Source: Chloroflexota bacterium (GTDB taxonomy: Bacteria > Chloroflexota > Limnocylindria > Limnocylindrales > CSP1-4). From it: DNA of 64,000 nucleotides. Position 1 is the first letter of the stretch, and each line of letters begins with the position of its first letter. This document shows, in pieces, positions 12,097 through 20,921 of the stretch. Location of the stretch: positions 6,487-70,486 of the forward strand of contig JBFMEV010000012.1 in assembly GCA_040752335.1 (NCBI GenBank), given 5' to 3'. The notes under the pieces were generated by a model that saw nothing but the letters and a program-made list of their open reading frames with translations, did not search any database and was not told where the DNA came from. The position numbers and the translations under genes were made by a program.

Positions 12097-13179
12097 CTAG
12101 TGTCGCGATTCGTTGATCGCCCGATCCTTGCGGACGGCCTTGGCGAGGATCTCGTCGGCGGTCTTGGTCCACACGAACGGGGTCGAGCCGGTGTTCCAGT
12201 TGGCGGTGAACGTATCGATCATCGCGATGAGCTCCTTGACCGATCCGAAGCTGCCCCGCCGGATGGCCTGGCGAGTGAGCACACTGAACCACGTCTCGAC
12301 CTGGTTGAGCCACGACGCCGAGGTCGGGGTGAAGTGGAAGGTGATCCGCGGATGACGTTCGAGCCAGGCCCGAACATCGGGCGTCTTGTGGGTCGAGACG
12401 TTGTCGAGGACGACGTGCAGCTCCTGATCCGGATACACCCGGTCGAGCCGCCGCAGGAACGCCAGGAAGTCGGCACCGGTGTGGCGCGCCCGAGCCTCCT
12501 GGGTGACCGTGCCCGTGGCGATCTCGAGCGCGGCGAACAGGCTGGTCGTCCCGTTGCGCACGTAGTCGTGGGTCCGCCGCTCGATCGAGCCAGAGCGGAG
12601 CGGCAACATCGGCTGGGTCCGGTCGAGCGCCTGGATCTGGGTCTTCTCGTCGACCGACAGGACGATCGCCCGTTCGGGCGGGTCGAGATACAGCCCGACG
12701 ACGTCGCGGACCTTGGCCTCGAGCTGCGGGTCGGTGCTGAACTTGAACGTCTCGGTGCGGTGCGGCTTGAGACCCGCCTCGGCCCAGATCCGCTGGACGG
12801 TCGTGATCGACATGCCAACCCGCAGCGCGATCCGGCGGGCGCTCCAGTGGGTCGTTCCGTCCGGCGGTGGCTCGAGGGTCAGGGCGATGACCCGATCGCG
12901 GTCGGCCCGCGTATAGGTCGGGGTTCGTCCAGGCCGCGGGGCGTCGTGCAGGCCGGCAAGCCGATCGACCTCGAACCGGCGCCGCCACAGCAGCACCGTC
13001 ATGAGGTTGACGCCGAGCTCGGCGGCGATCCGCTTGTTCGCGATGCCGTCGGCGGCACGGACGACGATCTGGGCCCGCTGAGCGAGCCGCTGCTCGCTCG
13101 TCCGGGCGCGGACCAAGCGGTCAAGCACCGCTCGTTCGGATGGGCTAACGACCAACTGGGGCGCGGGTGGATGGGCCAT
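12097..13179 (-). CDS. IS630-family transposase
   Basis: HTH region, THWS, VDEKTQIQAL, HDYVRNGT, LDNVSTHK, SWLNQVE; single intact frame whose stop uses the terminal TA. Confidence 0.97.
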   Translation of the reverse strand: MAHPPAPQLVVSPSERAVLDRLVRARTSEQRLAQRAQIVVRAADGIANKRIAAELGVNLMTVLLWRRRFEVDRLAGLHDAPRPGRTPTYTRADRDRVIALTLEPPPDGTTHWSARRIALRVGMSITTVQRIWAEAGLKPHRTETFKFSTDPQLEAKVRDVVGLYLDPPERAIVLSVDEKTQIQALDRTQPMLPLRSGSIERRTHDYVRNGTTSLFAALEIATGTVTQEARARHTGADFLAFLRRLDRVYPDQELHVVLDNVSTHKTPDVRAWLERHPRITFHFTPTSASWLNQVETWFSVLTRQAIRRGSFGSVKELIAMIDTFTANWNTGSTPFVWTKTADEILAKAVRKDRAINESRH

Positions 13180-13238
13180 GCGATGCATCGTAGCTGCGAT
13201 CATCACAATGGTCTAGTCATTTCCGTGCTGGAACACTA
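12098..13238 (-). mobile_element. IS630-family insertion sequence, about 1.14 kb, with TA duplication in a CTAG target
   Basis: CTAGTGT at 12097 and ACACTAG ending 13239 flank the transposase; short imperfect terminal inverted repeats. Confidence 0.9.
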
Positions 13239-13328
13239 GCGCAGCGTCCGCTCCGTGACGACCCGGCCCAGCGGATCGCTCGCAGGCATACTCCGAGCCA
13301 CCGCAGCCGCTGACGACGAGGAGGGCCC

Positions 13329-14654
13329 GTGGACGAGCGTCGGACCATCGTGTTCTTCCCGGAGGGCGCCTTCGGGCCGACCAACAACTGCGTCGGCATC
13401 GGGCGGGTCCTCCAGGAGCGCGGGCATCGGGTCGTGTTCATCGTGGAGGAGTCGTTCGCCGGCAACCTCCAGGCCCAGGGCTTCGAGGAGCGCCTCATGC
13501 GCCTGGGGCCGCCGCCCGAGACGCCCGAGGTTCCCGGCCAGTTCTGGATCGACTTCATCCGGGACACCGCGCCGGTCTTCCGCAAGCCCACCATCGAGCA
13601 GCTCGGCGAATTCATCGCGCCCACCTGGCAGGCCCTCATCGACGGCTCGAAGTACGTCGACGAACGGCTCCGGGCGATCTTCGACGAGCTCGACCCGGAC
13701 GTCATCGTCGAGGACAACGTCGTCGGCTTCGCCGCCATGCCCGCGTCCGGCCGCCCGTGGGTCCGGATCGTGTCGTGCAACCCGGCCGAGCTCAAGGACG
13801 TGGCCATCCCGCCGTTCTCGTCGGGCTACCCGGCGGCCGATCGGGCGGCCTGGCCGGCGTTCCTCGAGGAGGTCGAGCGGACCCACCGCGAGATGTGGGC
13901 CGACTTCGACGCCTTCGCCCGTGAGCGTGGCGCGCCGGGCCTGGCGTGGACCGCGCTGGGACCCGATCTCATCTGGGAATCCCCGTGGCTCAACCTCTAC
14001 TCCTACCCGGCCGAGGCCGACTACGCCCGCGACCGGCCGCTCGGGGCGACCTGGCATCGCCTCGATTCGACCGTCCGCGCGGCGAGCGAGGCCTGGGTGC
14101 TCCCGGACAGCCTGCGGAGCGACGGGGGCGGCGACGGCGCCCTCGTCTACCTCTCGCTCGGCAGCCTGGGCTCGGCCGACGTGGGGCTCATGCAGCGGCT
14201 CGTCGACGTCATGGGCGGGACCCGCCACCGGGTCATCGTGTCGAAGGGCCCGCTGGCCGACCAGATCAGCCTCCATGACAACATGACCGGTGCCGGCTTC
14301 CTGCCCCAGCCCGCCATCCTGCCCCAGGTCGACCTTGTCATCACCCACGGCGGCAACAACACCGTGACCGAGGCTTTTCACCACGGGAAGCCGATGATCG
14401 TCCTGCCGCTGTTCTGGGACCAGGTCGACAACGCCCAGCGGGTCCACGAGCTCGGGTTCGGGGTTCGCCTCTCGACCTACGGCTTCGAGGACGGCGAGCT
14501 GACCGGCGCCGTCGATCGGCTGGTCGGCGACGCCGGGCTGCGCGACCGCCTTGCGACGATGTCGGCGCGGGTCCGGAGCACGAGCGGGACGGCCCGGGCA
14601 GCGGAGCTCATCGACCGGGTCGCGCGGACCGGCGAACCCGTCCCCCGCGCCTGA
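13329..14654 (+). CDS. GT1 (MGT/UGT-like) glycosyltransferase
   Basis: VYLSLGSL, FLPQPAIL...VITHGGNNT..E...GKPMIVLPLFWDQ (PSPG-like box). Confidence 0.9.
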   Translation: MDERRTIVFFPEGAFGPTNNCVGIGRVLQERGHRVVFIVEESFAGNLQAQGFEERLMRLGPPPETPEVPGQFWIDFIRDTAPVFRKPTIEQLGEFIAPTWQALIDGSKYVDERLRAIFDELDPDVIVEDNVVGFAAMPASGRPWVRIVSCNPAELKDVAIPPFSSGYPAADRAAWPAFLEEVERTHREMWADFDAFARERGAPGLAWTALGPDLIWESPWLNLYSYPAEADYARDRPLGATWHRLDSTVRAASEAWVLPDSLRSDGGGDGALVYLSLGSLGSADVGLMQRLVDVMGGTRHRVIVSKGPLADQISLHDNMTGAGFLPQPAILPQVDLVITHGGNNTVTEAFHHGKPMIVLPLFWDQVDNAQRVHELGFGVRLSTYGFEDGELTGAVDRLVGDAGLRDRLATMSARVRSTSGTARAAELIDRVARTGEPVPRA

Positions 14655-14890
14655 CCGCCGGGCCCCCTGCGGGGTCGAGCTCATCCGGACCTCGGCGACC
14701 TCGGGCTGTCTGTGCACCGCCCCTTCGCCCAACGCCGAGCGATTTCTGCTGGCACCGGCAATTGCACAGCATCGAGGCCGATACGGCTCGAGCTGCGCAG
14801 GTCGGTCCCGCTGGGCAACGTGACGCAACGCACGGCGGACCTCCGGTCGCACGATGCGGCACTTGCCGGCGCGCCGATACCATTCCCGCC

Positions 14891-15265
14891 GTGACCGAGC
14901 CGGGCCAGGAGCCCTCCCCGATCAGGGACGTCGACTACAAGGGCGCGCCCCTCGACGCCGACCGCGGCCCCGGCCTGGGCTGCTTCTGGACGCAGCTCGT
15001 CGTCCTCGCGATCCTCGTCGTGCTCACGCCCCTGAGCGTGGCCTGGAATTGGCCGTTCCCGGTCAGCGCGGGGCTCCTCATCGCCGTCCTGCTGCTCCTC
15101 CTCCTCGCGGGCCAGACCGTGATCTTCCTGCTCCGACTCGTTGCCGCGGATCGGCGGGCGGCCGGCCGCCGACGGCCACTCGGCTCCAGCACGCCGACGG
15201 TCGGCGAGCTTGAGGATCGGGCGACGGCCGACGACCGGCCGGCCGAGCCCGGCATGCGAGAATAG
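14891..15265 (+). CDS. Small two-TM membrane protein
   Basis: TACCAT 7 nt before GTG; two hydrophobic segments. Confidence 0.7.
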   Translation: MTEPGQEPSPIRDVDYKGAPLDADRGPGLGCFWTQLVVLAILVVLTPLSVAWNWPFPVSAGLLIAVLLLLLLAGQTVIFLLRLVAADRRAAGRRRPLGSSTPTVGELEDRATADDRPAEPGMRE

Positions 15266-15320
15266 CCGCCGGCGCCGCAAGGTTCGCCGCCCGCCCCGTC
15301 CCCAGGAGGTTCCGCGCTCC

Positions 15321-15647
15321 GTGCCCGTGCTCGCGACCTACTTCTCAGTCCGCCGCGGCCGCGATCCCTTCTTCAAGTTCTACATGAAGACGCTCTTTCC
15401 GCGGCAGGCCCGGCAGTACGAGGAGAGATACGGGATCCGGTTCCTCGGCTGGTACAACGTCGCCCACGGCTGGGACTTCGACAACGTCATCCTGCTGGAG
15501 CTGCCCGATTACGCGACCCTCGACAAGCTCGAGCGGGACGAGGAGCTCAGGGCCTTCGCCCACCGGGCAGGGGAGTGGGTCTTCGCCCGCCACCACTCGA
15601 TGTTCCTCCGGGAGCGGATGGGCCCGGACCTGGACTACCACGGATAG
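15321..15647 (+). CDS. Small dimeric alpha-beta barrel (NIPSNAP/GYD-like) protein
   Basis: SD CAGGAGG; GIRFLGWY...DNVILLELPDYATLDKL pattern. Confidence 0.55.
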   Translation: MPVLATYFSVRRGRDPFFKFYMKTLFPRQARQYEERYGIRFLGWYNVAHGWDFDNVILLELPDYATLDKLERDEELRAFAHRAGEWVFARHHSMFLRERMGPDLDYHG

Positions 15648-15656
15648 GAGGACGCC

Positions 15657-16640
15657 ATGGATCGCCAGCGCAACGACCTCCTCGCCGAGATGGCCCGCGA
15701 CGCCGCCCTGGAGCGCTCCGACTTCCTCGTCCGCGCGGGCGAGCAGCTGGAACGGTTCCTGCGCGACCAGGCGGACCGGATCCGCGAGCTCGGGGGTCTG
15801 ACCCTCATCGACGACGACCCCGACTACCTCGCGATTGCCCCCGACGGCACGTTCCGCAGCCGCAGCCGGGTCTTCGACGAGGCCACCGGCCAGTGGCAGT
15901 CGGATACCGAAATCATCGAGACCGGCGGCGAGCTGGTCGAGCTCTACAACCCGGCCGACGTCTTCGGGGCCTTCGCCGACGCCGCCCGCGACGGCGTCTG
16001 GGCGGAGGGCGGCGACGGCGGCACCGGGGAAGACGAGGACGAGGACGCTGCGGGCGCCGGGGTGGAGCGGTTCGGTGCCCCGATCCCGGGGGCCGATCCC
16101 TACGCGGCGGCCGCCGACCAGTGGGCGGCCGGCCAGCCCGAGGTCCTCCAGGCGGACACCCAGGACGAGGCCGCGGCCGCTCTCTACGAGCTGGCCCTCG
16201 ACTTCCAGGAGCGCAGCCAGCGCTCGGAGGCCGGGCTCCTGGAGCAGTTCGAAAACGCCTCGGCCGCCCTCATGAGCCGGGTCGGCACGGTCGTCATCGT
16301 CGACGATCTCGACGAGCATCTCGAGCTTGCCGGCCCGGGCTTCCGGGGCCAGGTCATCCCCGAGGGCGAGAGCCGCTGGACCGACCTCCGGGGGCCGGAG
16401 GACGTCGTTCGCTTCTACGACCCCACCGATGTCTTCGGTGATCTCGCCGACGCCATCGCCGACGCCTTCCCGGGCGTCGTCCCCGACGCCGAGGGCGAGG
16501 AGGGCGACGAGGACGGGGGCGAGGACGAGGGTGGCGACGACGACGACGACGGCGACGACGACGGCGACGACGACGGCGACGACGACGGCGACGATAACGG
16601 CGGCGAGGACGGCGCCGACCGTGGTGACGGCCGGTCGTGA
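15657..16640 (+). CDS. Acidic hypothetical protein with internal duplication and Asp/Gly tail
   Basis: SD AGGAGG; two modules ending LYNPADVFGAFADA / FYDPTDVFGDLADA; strong GC3 codon bias. Confidence 0.8.
   Translation: MDRQRNDLLAEMARDAALERSDFLVRAGEQLERFLRDQADRIRELGGLTLIDDDPDYLAIAPDGTFRSRSRVFDEATGQWQSDTEIIETGGELVELYNPADVFGAFADAARDGVWAEGGDGGTGEDEDEDAAGAGVERFGAPIPGADPYAAAADQWAAGQPEVLQADTQDEAAAALYELALDFQERSQRSEAGLLEQFENASAALMSRVGTVVIVDDLDEHLELAGPGFRGQVIPEGESRWTDLRGPEDVVRFYDPTDVFGDLADAIADAFPGVVPDAEGEEGDEDGGEDEGGDDDDDGDDDGDDDGDDDGDDNGGEDGADRGDGRS
16533..16601 (+). repeat. 12-bp coding tandem repeat (GGCGACGACGAC)n encoding GDDD
   Basis: About five units read directly from the sequence. Confidence 0.85.
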
Positions 16641-16675
16641 GGCGCCGGTGACCGACGCCGTCCCCGCCGACTGAC

Positions 16676-17542
16676 ATGCGGCTGGTCGGTGCCGAGCTCA
16701 TCGAGAGCCGGGAGATCCTGCCCGGCCAGTGGCTCCAGGCGTATCACGCCCCGGCCCTCGCGACCGGTTCGCGGGCCGGCCAGTTCGTCCACGTCCGGAC
16801 CGGCGATCTCTCGGGCCTCGTCCTGCGCCGCCCGTTCTCGATCAACACCGCCGACGGGGCGACCGGCACGATCACGATCCACTTCCGGACGATCGGCCGG
16901 GGGACCGAGTGGTTCACCCGCCTCAGGCCGGGTGACACGATCGACATGCTCGGGCCGCTGGGCCGGCCGTTCGAGGTCGACGCGCGGAGCCGGCACCTCC
17001 TCCTCGTCGCCGGCGGCCTGGGCATGGCCGGCGTCCGCTACCTCGCCGACGAGGCGATTCGCGACGGTCGCCGGGTGACGCTGCTGTTCGGGGCGGCGAG
17101 CGCCCGCGACGTCTACCCCACCTCGCTCCTGCCCGACGAGATCGAGTACGTCGTCGCGACCGACGACGGGACGATGGGCCATCACGGCTTCGTCACCGAG
17201 CTCGTCGCCGACTACGAGGCCTGGGCCGACCAGGCCTTCGCCTGTGGTCCGGAGCCGATGCTCCGAGCCCTGGCGCGCCTCGCGGCGACCCGCCGCGGCC
17301 GGCTCGGGGTCGCGAAGCTTGGTCGCAAGCGCGGTGCCGGGAAGTCGATCCCGCAGGGCTCGCCCGCGGCGCGCCGGAAGGCCTTCCTCCAGGTCTCGAT
17401 GGAGCAGCGCATGGGCTGCGCGGTGGGGGCCTGCCTGGGCTGCGTCGTGATGACCACCTCGGGCACGCCCCAGCGGGTCTGCCGGGAAGGCCCGGTCTTC
17501 GCGTCCGAGGAGATCGACTGGGACGGCGGCTGGGGCAGATGA
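16676..17542 (+). CDS. pyrK: Dihydroorotate dehydrogenase electron-transfer subunit
   Basis: LRRPFSI, GPLGRPF, VAGGLG, ACGPEPM, MGCAVGACLGC...RVCREGPVF. Confidence 0.95.
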   Translation: MRLVGAELIESREILPGQWLQAYHAPALATGSRAGQFVHVRTGDLSGLVLRRPFSINTADGATGTITIHFRTIGRGTEWFTRLRPGDTIDMLGPLGRPFEVDARSRHLLLVAGGLGMAGVRYLADEAIRDGRRVTLLFGAASARDVYPTSLLPDEIEYVVATDDGTMGHHGFVTELVADYEAWADQAFACGPEPMLRALARLAATRRGRLGVAKLGRKRGAGKSIPQGSPAARRKAFLQVSMEQRMGCAVGACLGCVVMTTSGTPQRVCREGPVFASEEIDWDGGWGR

Positions 17543-18693
17543 AGGCGAAGCGGCGGGTCGTGACCGCTTCGGGCGCCCCGGCGCCGCCGCGCCGGGCGCC
17601 CACGGTCCGGAAGCGGAAGACCGCCTTCGAGCCGGTCCGGGCAAGGCCCTCGGCCGACGCGGCCGCGAGGTCGTCGCCCGCCGCCGTCGATGCCGTCGGC
17701 GCGGTCGACGCCGTCGAGGCCGGCGCGGTCGGCGCGGTCGATCTCTCGGTCGAGCTGGGCCGGGGGCTCGTCCTGCCGAACCCGATCCTCGCGGCCTCGG
17801 GGACCTTCGGCTACGGCATCGAGTACGGCGATGTCGTCGATGTCGACCGCCTCGGGGCGATCTGCTGCAAGGGCACGACCCTCAAGCCCCGGATCGGCAA
17901 CCCGACGCCGCGGGTGACCGAGACGCCGGGCGGGATGCTGAACTCGATCGGCCTCCAGAACCCCGGCGTCGATGCCGTCATCGAGAAGTACGCCGCGACC
18001 TGGGCCGGCTGGAAGGTGCCGGTCATCGTCAACGTCGCCGGTGAGTCGGTCGGTGACTACGTCGAGGTAACGAGGCGGCTCGACGGCGTGCCGGGGATCG
18101 CCGGCATCGAGCTCAACATCTCGTGCCCGAATGTCGGCCGGGGCGGCCTCCAGTTCGCGATCGATGCCGACGCCGCCGGCCAGGTCACCGCCGCCGTCCG
18201 CCGGGCGACCGACCTGCCGCTGCTCGTGAAGCTGTCGCCGAACGTCGCCGACGTCCGGCCGATCGCCCGGGCCATCGCCGACGCCGGGGCCGACGCTCTC
18301 ACGGCCGTGAACACGCTGTCCGGGATTGCCGTGGCGGCGAGCCGGGATCGGCCGCTCCTCGGCAACGTCTACGGCGGCCTCTCCGGCCCGGCGATCAAGC
18401 CGGTCGCGCTCCGGATCGTCTACGAGGTCTGCCAGGTCGTGCGAATCCCGGTCGTGGCGATCGGCGGCGTGACCGAGCTGGCCGACGTCCTCGACTTCCT
18501 GGCGGTGGGCGCCGTCGCGGTCCAGGTCGGGACCGCGATCTTCGCCGACCCGACGCTGCCGGTCCGCCTCGTCGACGAGCTGGCCGCAGCCTGTCGCGCC
18601 CGCGGCATCGACTCGTACCGGCCGCTCATCGGCACGGCCCTGCCGAGGAAGGCCGGAGCACCGTCGGCGAAAGGGGTCGAGTACCGGCCCTGA
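17539..18693 (+). CDS. pyrD: Dihydroorotate dehydrogenase B catalytic subunit
   Basis: ASGTFGYG, NSIGLQNPG, ELNISCPN, KLSPN, GGLSGPAIKP; low-complexity N-terminal extension. Confidence 0.96.
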   Translation: MKAKRRVVTASGAPAPPRRAPTVRKRKTAFEPVRARPSADAAARSSPAAVDAVGAVDAVEAGAVGAVDLSVELGRGLVLPNPILAASGTFGYGIEYGDVVDVDRLGAICCKGTTLKPRIGNPTPRVTETPGGMLNSIGLQNPGVDAVIEKYAATWAGWKVPVIVNVAGESVGDYVEVTRRLDGVPGIAGIELNISCPNVGRGGLQFAIDADAAGQVTAAVRRATDLPLLVKLSPNVADVRPIARAIADAGADALTAVNTLSGIAVAASRDRPLLGNVYGGLSGPAIKPVALRIVYEVCQVVRIPVVAIGGVTELADVLDFLAVGAVAVQVGTAIFADPTLPVRLVDELAAACRARGIDSYRPLIGTALPRKAGAPSAKGVEYRP

Positions 18694-18723
18694 TCGGCCG
18701 GGTCGGCGGGCGGCGGCCGCGAC

Positions 18724-18749
18724 GGAACCGCGGCATGATGGGGCGCGTC
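18724..18749 (+). promoter_or_regulatory. ECF-type promoter GGAACC-N15-GCGTC
   Basis: GGAACCgcggcatgatggggcGCGTC about 60 nt upstream of the DUF4349 gene. Confidence 0.5.
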
Positions 18750-18809
18750 CCCACCACAGCCGGCCCGTGTGACCGGCGCCGGCACCGCGATGGACTGGAG
18801 CGACGCACG

Positions 18810-19796
18810 ATGAAGTCGTCGATCGGCATCTCCCGGGGCACCCTCCCACGGCTGGCCGCGCTGCTCGCGGTCCTGATCCTCGTCATCGGTTGCGGAGGGA
18901 GCGCAGCGGGGCCGATCCTCAGCCCGATCGGCGATGCCGCGGGCGACGGCTCGGGCGTGCTCCCCGGGAGCACCGCCGCACCCGTGGAGGAATCCGCAGG
19001 CGGAGGTGAAAACGGCGATCGCACCTACGACGCCGCCCGGCCGGAGCTCCTGGTCATCAAGACCGGCAGCCTCCAGCTCCAGGTGAAGGCGGTCGACGTC
19101 GCCGTCGCGGCGGCCGAGTCGAGGATCACAGCCCTCGGCGGCTACGTCAGCGGGTCGGAGCAGTATGGCGAGGGCGACGAGGTCTTCGCCACGATCACCT
19201 ACCGCATCCCGGCCGAGCAATGGGGCGCCGCCATCAAGGCCCTTCGCGAGCTGGCGATCAAGGTCGTGACCGAGCGGACCTCCACCGAGGACGTGACCGG
19301 CCAGGTCGTCGATCTCCGGGCCAGGATCGCGAACCTCCAGGCGACCGAGAAGGCGCTCCAGGCGATCATGACCCAGGCGACGAAGATCTCCGACGTCCTG
19401 GAGGTCCAGGCCGAGCTGACCAAGGTCCGGGGCGAGATCGAATCGGCCACGGCCCAGCGTCAGCACCTCGAGGAACAGGCCGCCTACTCGACCCTGTCGG
19501 TGACCTTCGGGCTGGAGCCCGAGGCGGCCGTCACGGTGGCCCAGGACAAGTTCGATCCCGGGGCCGAGGTGGACCGGGCGACGGCCAACCTCGTCGAGAT
19601 CCTCCAGGGCCTCGCGACCGCCGGGATCTGGTTCGGGATCGTGTGGCTGCCGATCCTCATCGGCCTGGCGATCATCGGCTCGGTCGTCTGGCTGGTCCTC
19701 CGGCGGCGCCTGCCGGGCCGGGCCGCGGACGGCTGGACCGGCCCCGGCGGCCCACCGGCAACACCGCCCGAGCCGTCGGCCCCGACCCCGACCTGA
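18810..19796 (+). CDS. DUF4349-domain lipoprotein
   Basis: Lipobox-like LVIGC; IKTGSLQLQV, TYRIP, EDVTGQVVDL, coiled coil, C-terminal TM. Confidence 0.85.
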   Translation: MKSSIGISRGTLPRLAALLAVLILVIGCGGSAAGPILSPIGDAAGDGSGVLPGSTAAPVEESAGGGENGDRTYDAARPELLVIKTGSLQLQVKAVDVAVAAAESRITALGGYVSGSEQYGEGDEVFATITYRIPAEQWGAAIKALRELAIKVVTERTSTEDVTGQVVDLRARIANLQATEKALQAIMTQATKISDVLEVQAELTKVRGEIESATAQRQHLEEQAAYSTLSVTFGLEPEAAVTVAQDKFDPGAEVDRATANLVEILQGLATAGIWFGIVWLPILIGLAIIGSVVWLVLRRRLPGRAADGWTGPGGPPATPPEPSAPTPT

Positions 19797-19884
19797 GAGC
19801 GGGCCCGGCGCGCGGCCCGGGTCGCCACCTGCCGACACCGCCCCGGCCGCGGACCGGGGGCGTGGCCCGTACACTCAGGCCTCG

Positions 19885-20559
19885 ATGACCACGCTCAAGC
19901 CGACCCTCGAGCTCCAGGCCCGGGCCGCGATCGCGAGCCGGACCGAGGCCCTGTTCCGGCGTTCCGGGGCTCTCCGCGAGGGGCACTTCCTGCTCAAGAG
20001 CGGCCGCCACTCGGATGCCTACCTCGAGAAGTTCGCGGTCCTGTCCGACCCCGCCGCCACGAGCGAGCTGTGCGCCTTCTGGGCGGCCCGGCACCGCGAT
20101 CCGGATGGCTCGCCGCGGGTCGACCTCGTCGCCGGCCCCACCACCGGCGGAGTCATCCTGGCCTTCGAGACCGGCCGCCAGCTGGGCACGCCGGCGATCT
20201 TCGCCGAGGAGGTCAAGTCCGCCGGCGGCACAGCCCGCCGGGAGTTCCGGCGGGGCTTCCGGATCGAGACCGGGCAGCGGGTCCTCCTCGTCGACGACAT
20301 CCTGACGACCGGCGGCTCGCTCGTGGCGATGCTGCCGGCAGTCGAGGCCATGGGCGGTGAGATCGTGGAGTGCGCGGTCGTCGTCGACCGGTCCGGTGGC
20401 ACCGCGTCGCTGACCTCGCCGACGAGCGGCCGCCACTATGCCCTTCGGGCCCTGTGGTCGCTGGATCTCCCGACCTACGAACCGGGCCCCGCGACCTGCC
20501 CGCGCTGCGCCGACGGCACGCCGCTCCACGCCCCGGGCAGCACTGGGGCGGCATCCTGA
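19885..20559 (+). CDS. pyrE: Orotate phosphoribosyltransferase
   Basis: GHFLLKSGRHS, VLLVDDILTTGGS; C-terminal CPRC. Confidence 0.95.
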   Translation: MTTLKPTLELQARAAIASRTEALFRRSGALREGHFLLKSGRHSDAYLEKFAVLSDPAATSELCAFWAARHRDPDGSPRVDLVAGPTTGGVILAFETGRQLGTPAIFAEEVKSAGGTARREFRRGFRIETGQRVLLVDDILTTGGSLVAMLPAVEAMGGEIVECAVVVDRSGGTASLTSPTSGRHYALRALWSLDLPTYEPGPATCPRCADGTPLHAPGSTGAAS

Positions 20560-20564
20560 CCCTG

Positions 20565-20921
20565 ATGCCGGCCCGCCGACTGGTCGCGGTGGCGGCGGCC
20601 GTCGGGCTCACCGCGATGGTCGCCGCGGTGGCCCTCGGACCGCGTGCCGGCACCGCGACCGGCGTGGTGGTCTCGGTCGAGTCGACCTCGCTGACGACCG
20701 TGACCGCGTTCACGATCCGGGAGGCGGACGGACGGACCCGGCGCTTCCTGGTGGAGGCCCTCGAGAACGCCGTCGAGTTCCCGCCGGGCCACCTCGTGGA
20801 GCACATCGCCTCGGGCGTGCCGGTCGTGGTCAGCTATCGCGAGGCCGACGGGGGCGCGATCGCGATCCGGATCGTCGACGGCCCGACGCCGGGCCGGACG
20901 GGGGCCCCGATCCCTACCTGA
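20565..20921 (+). CDS. Small exported beta-rich protein with HLxEH motif
   Basis: Signal/TM then GVVVSV...FPPGHLVEH...VVVSY. Confidence 0.65.
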   Translation: MPARRLVAVAAAVGLTAMVAAVALGPRAGTATGVVVSVESTSLTTVTAFTIREADGRTRRFLVEALENAVEFPPGHLVEHIASGVPVVVSYREADGGAIAIRIVDGPTPGRTGAPIPT

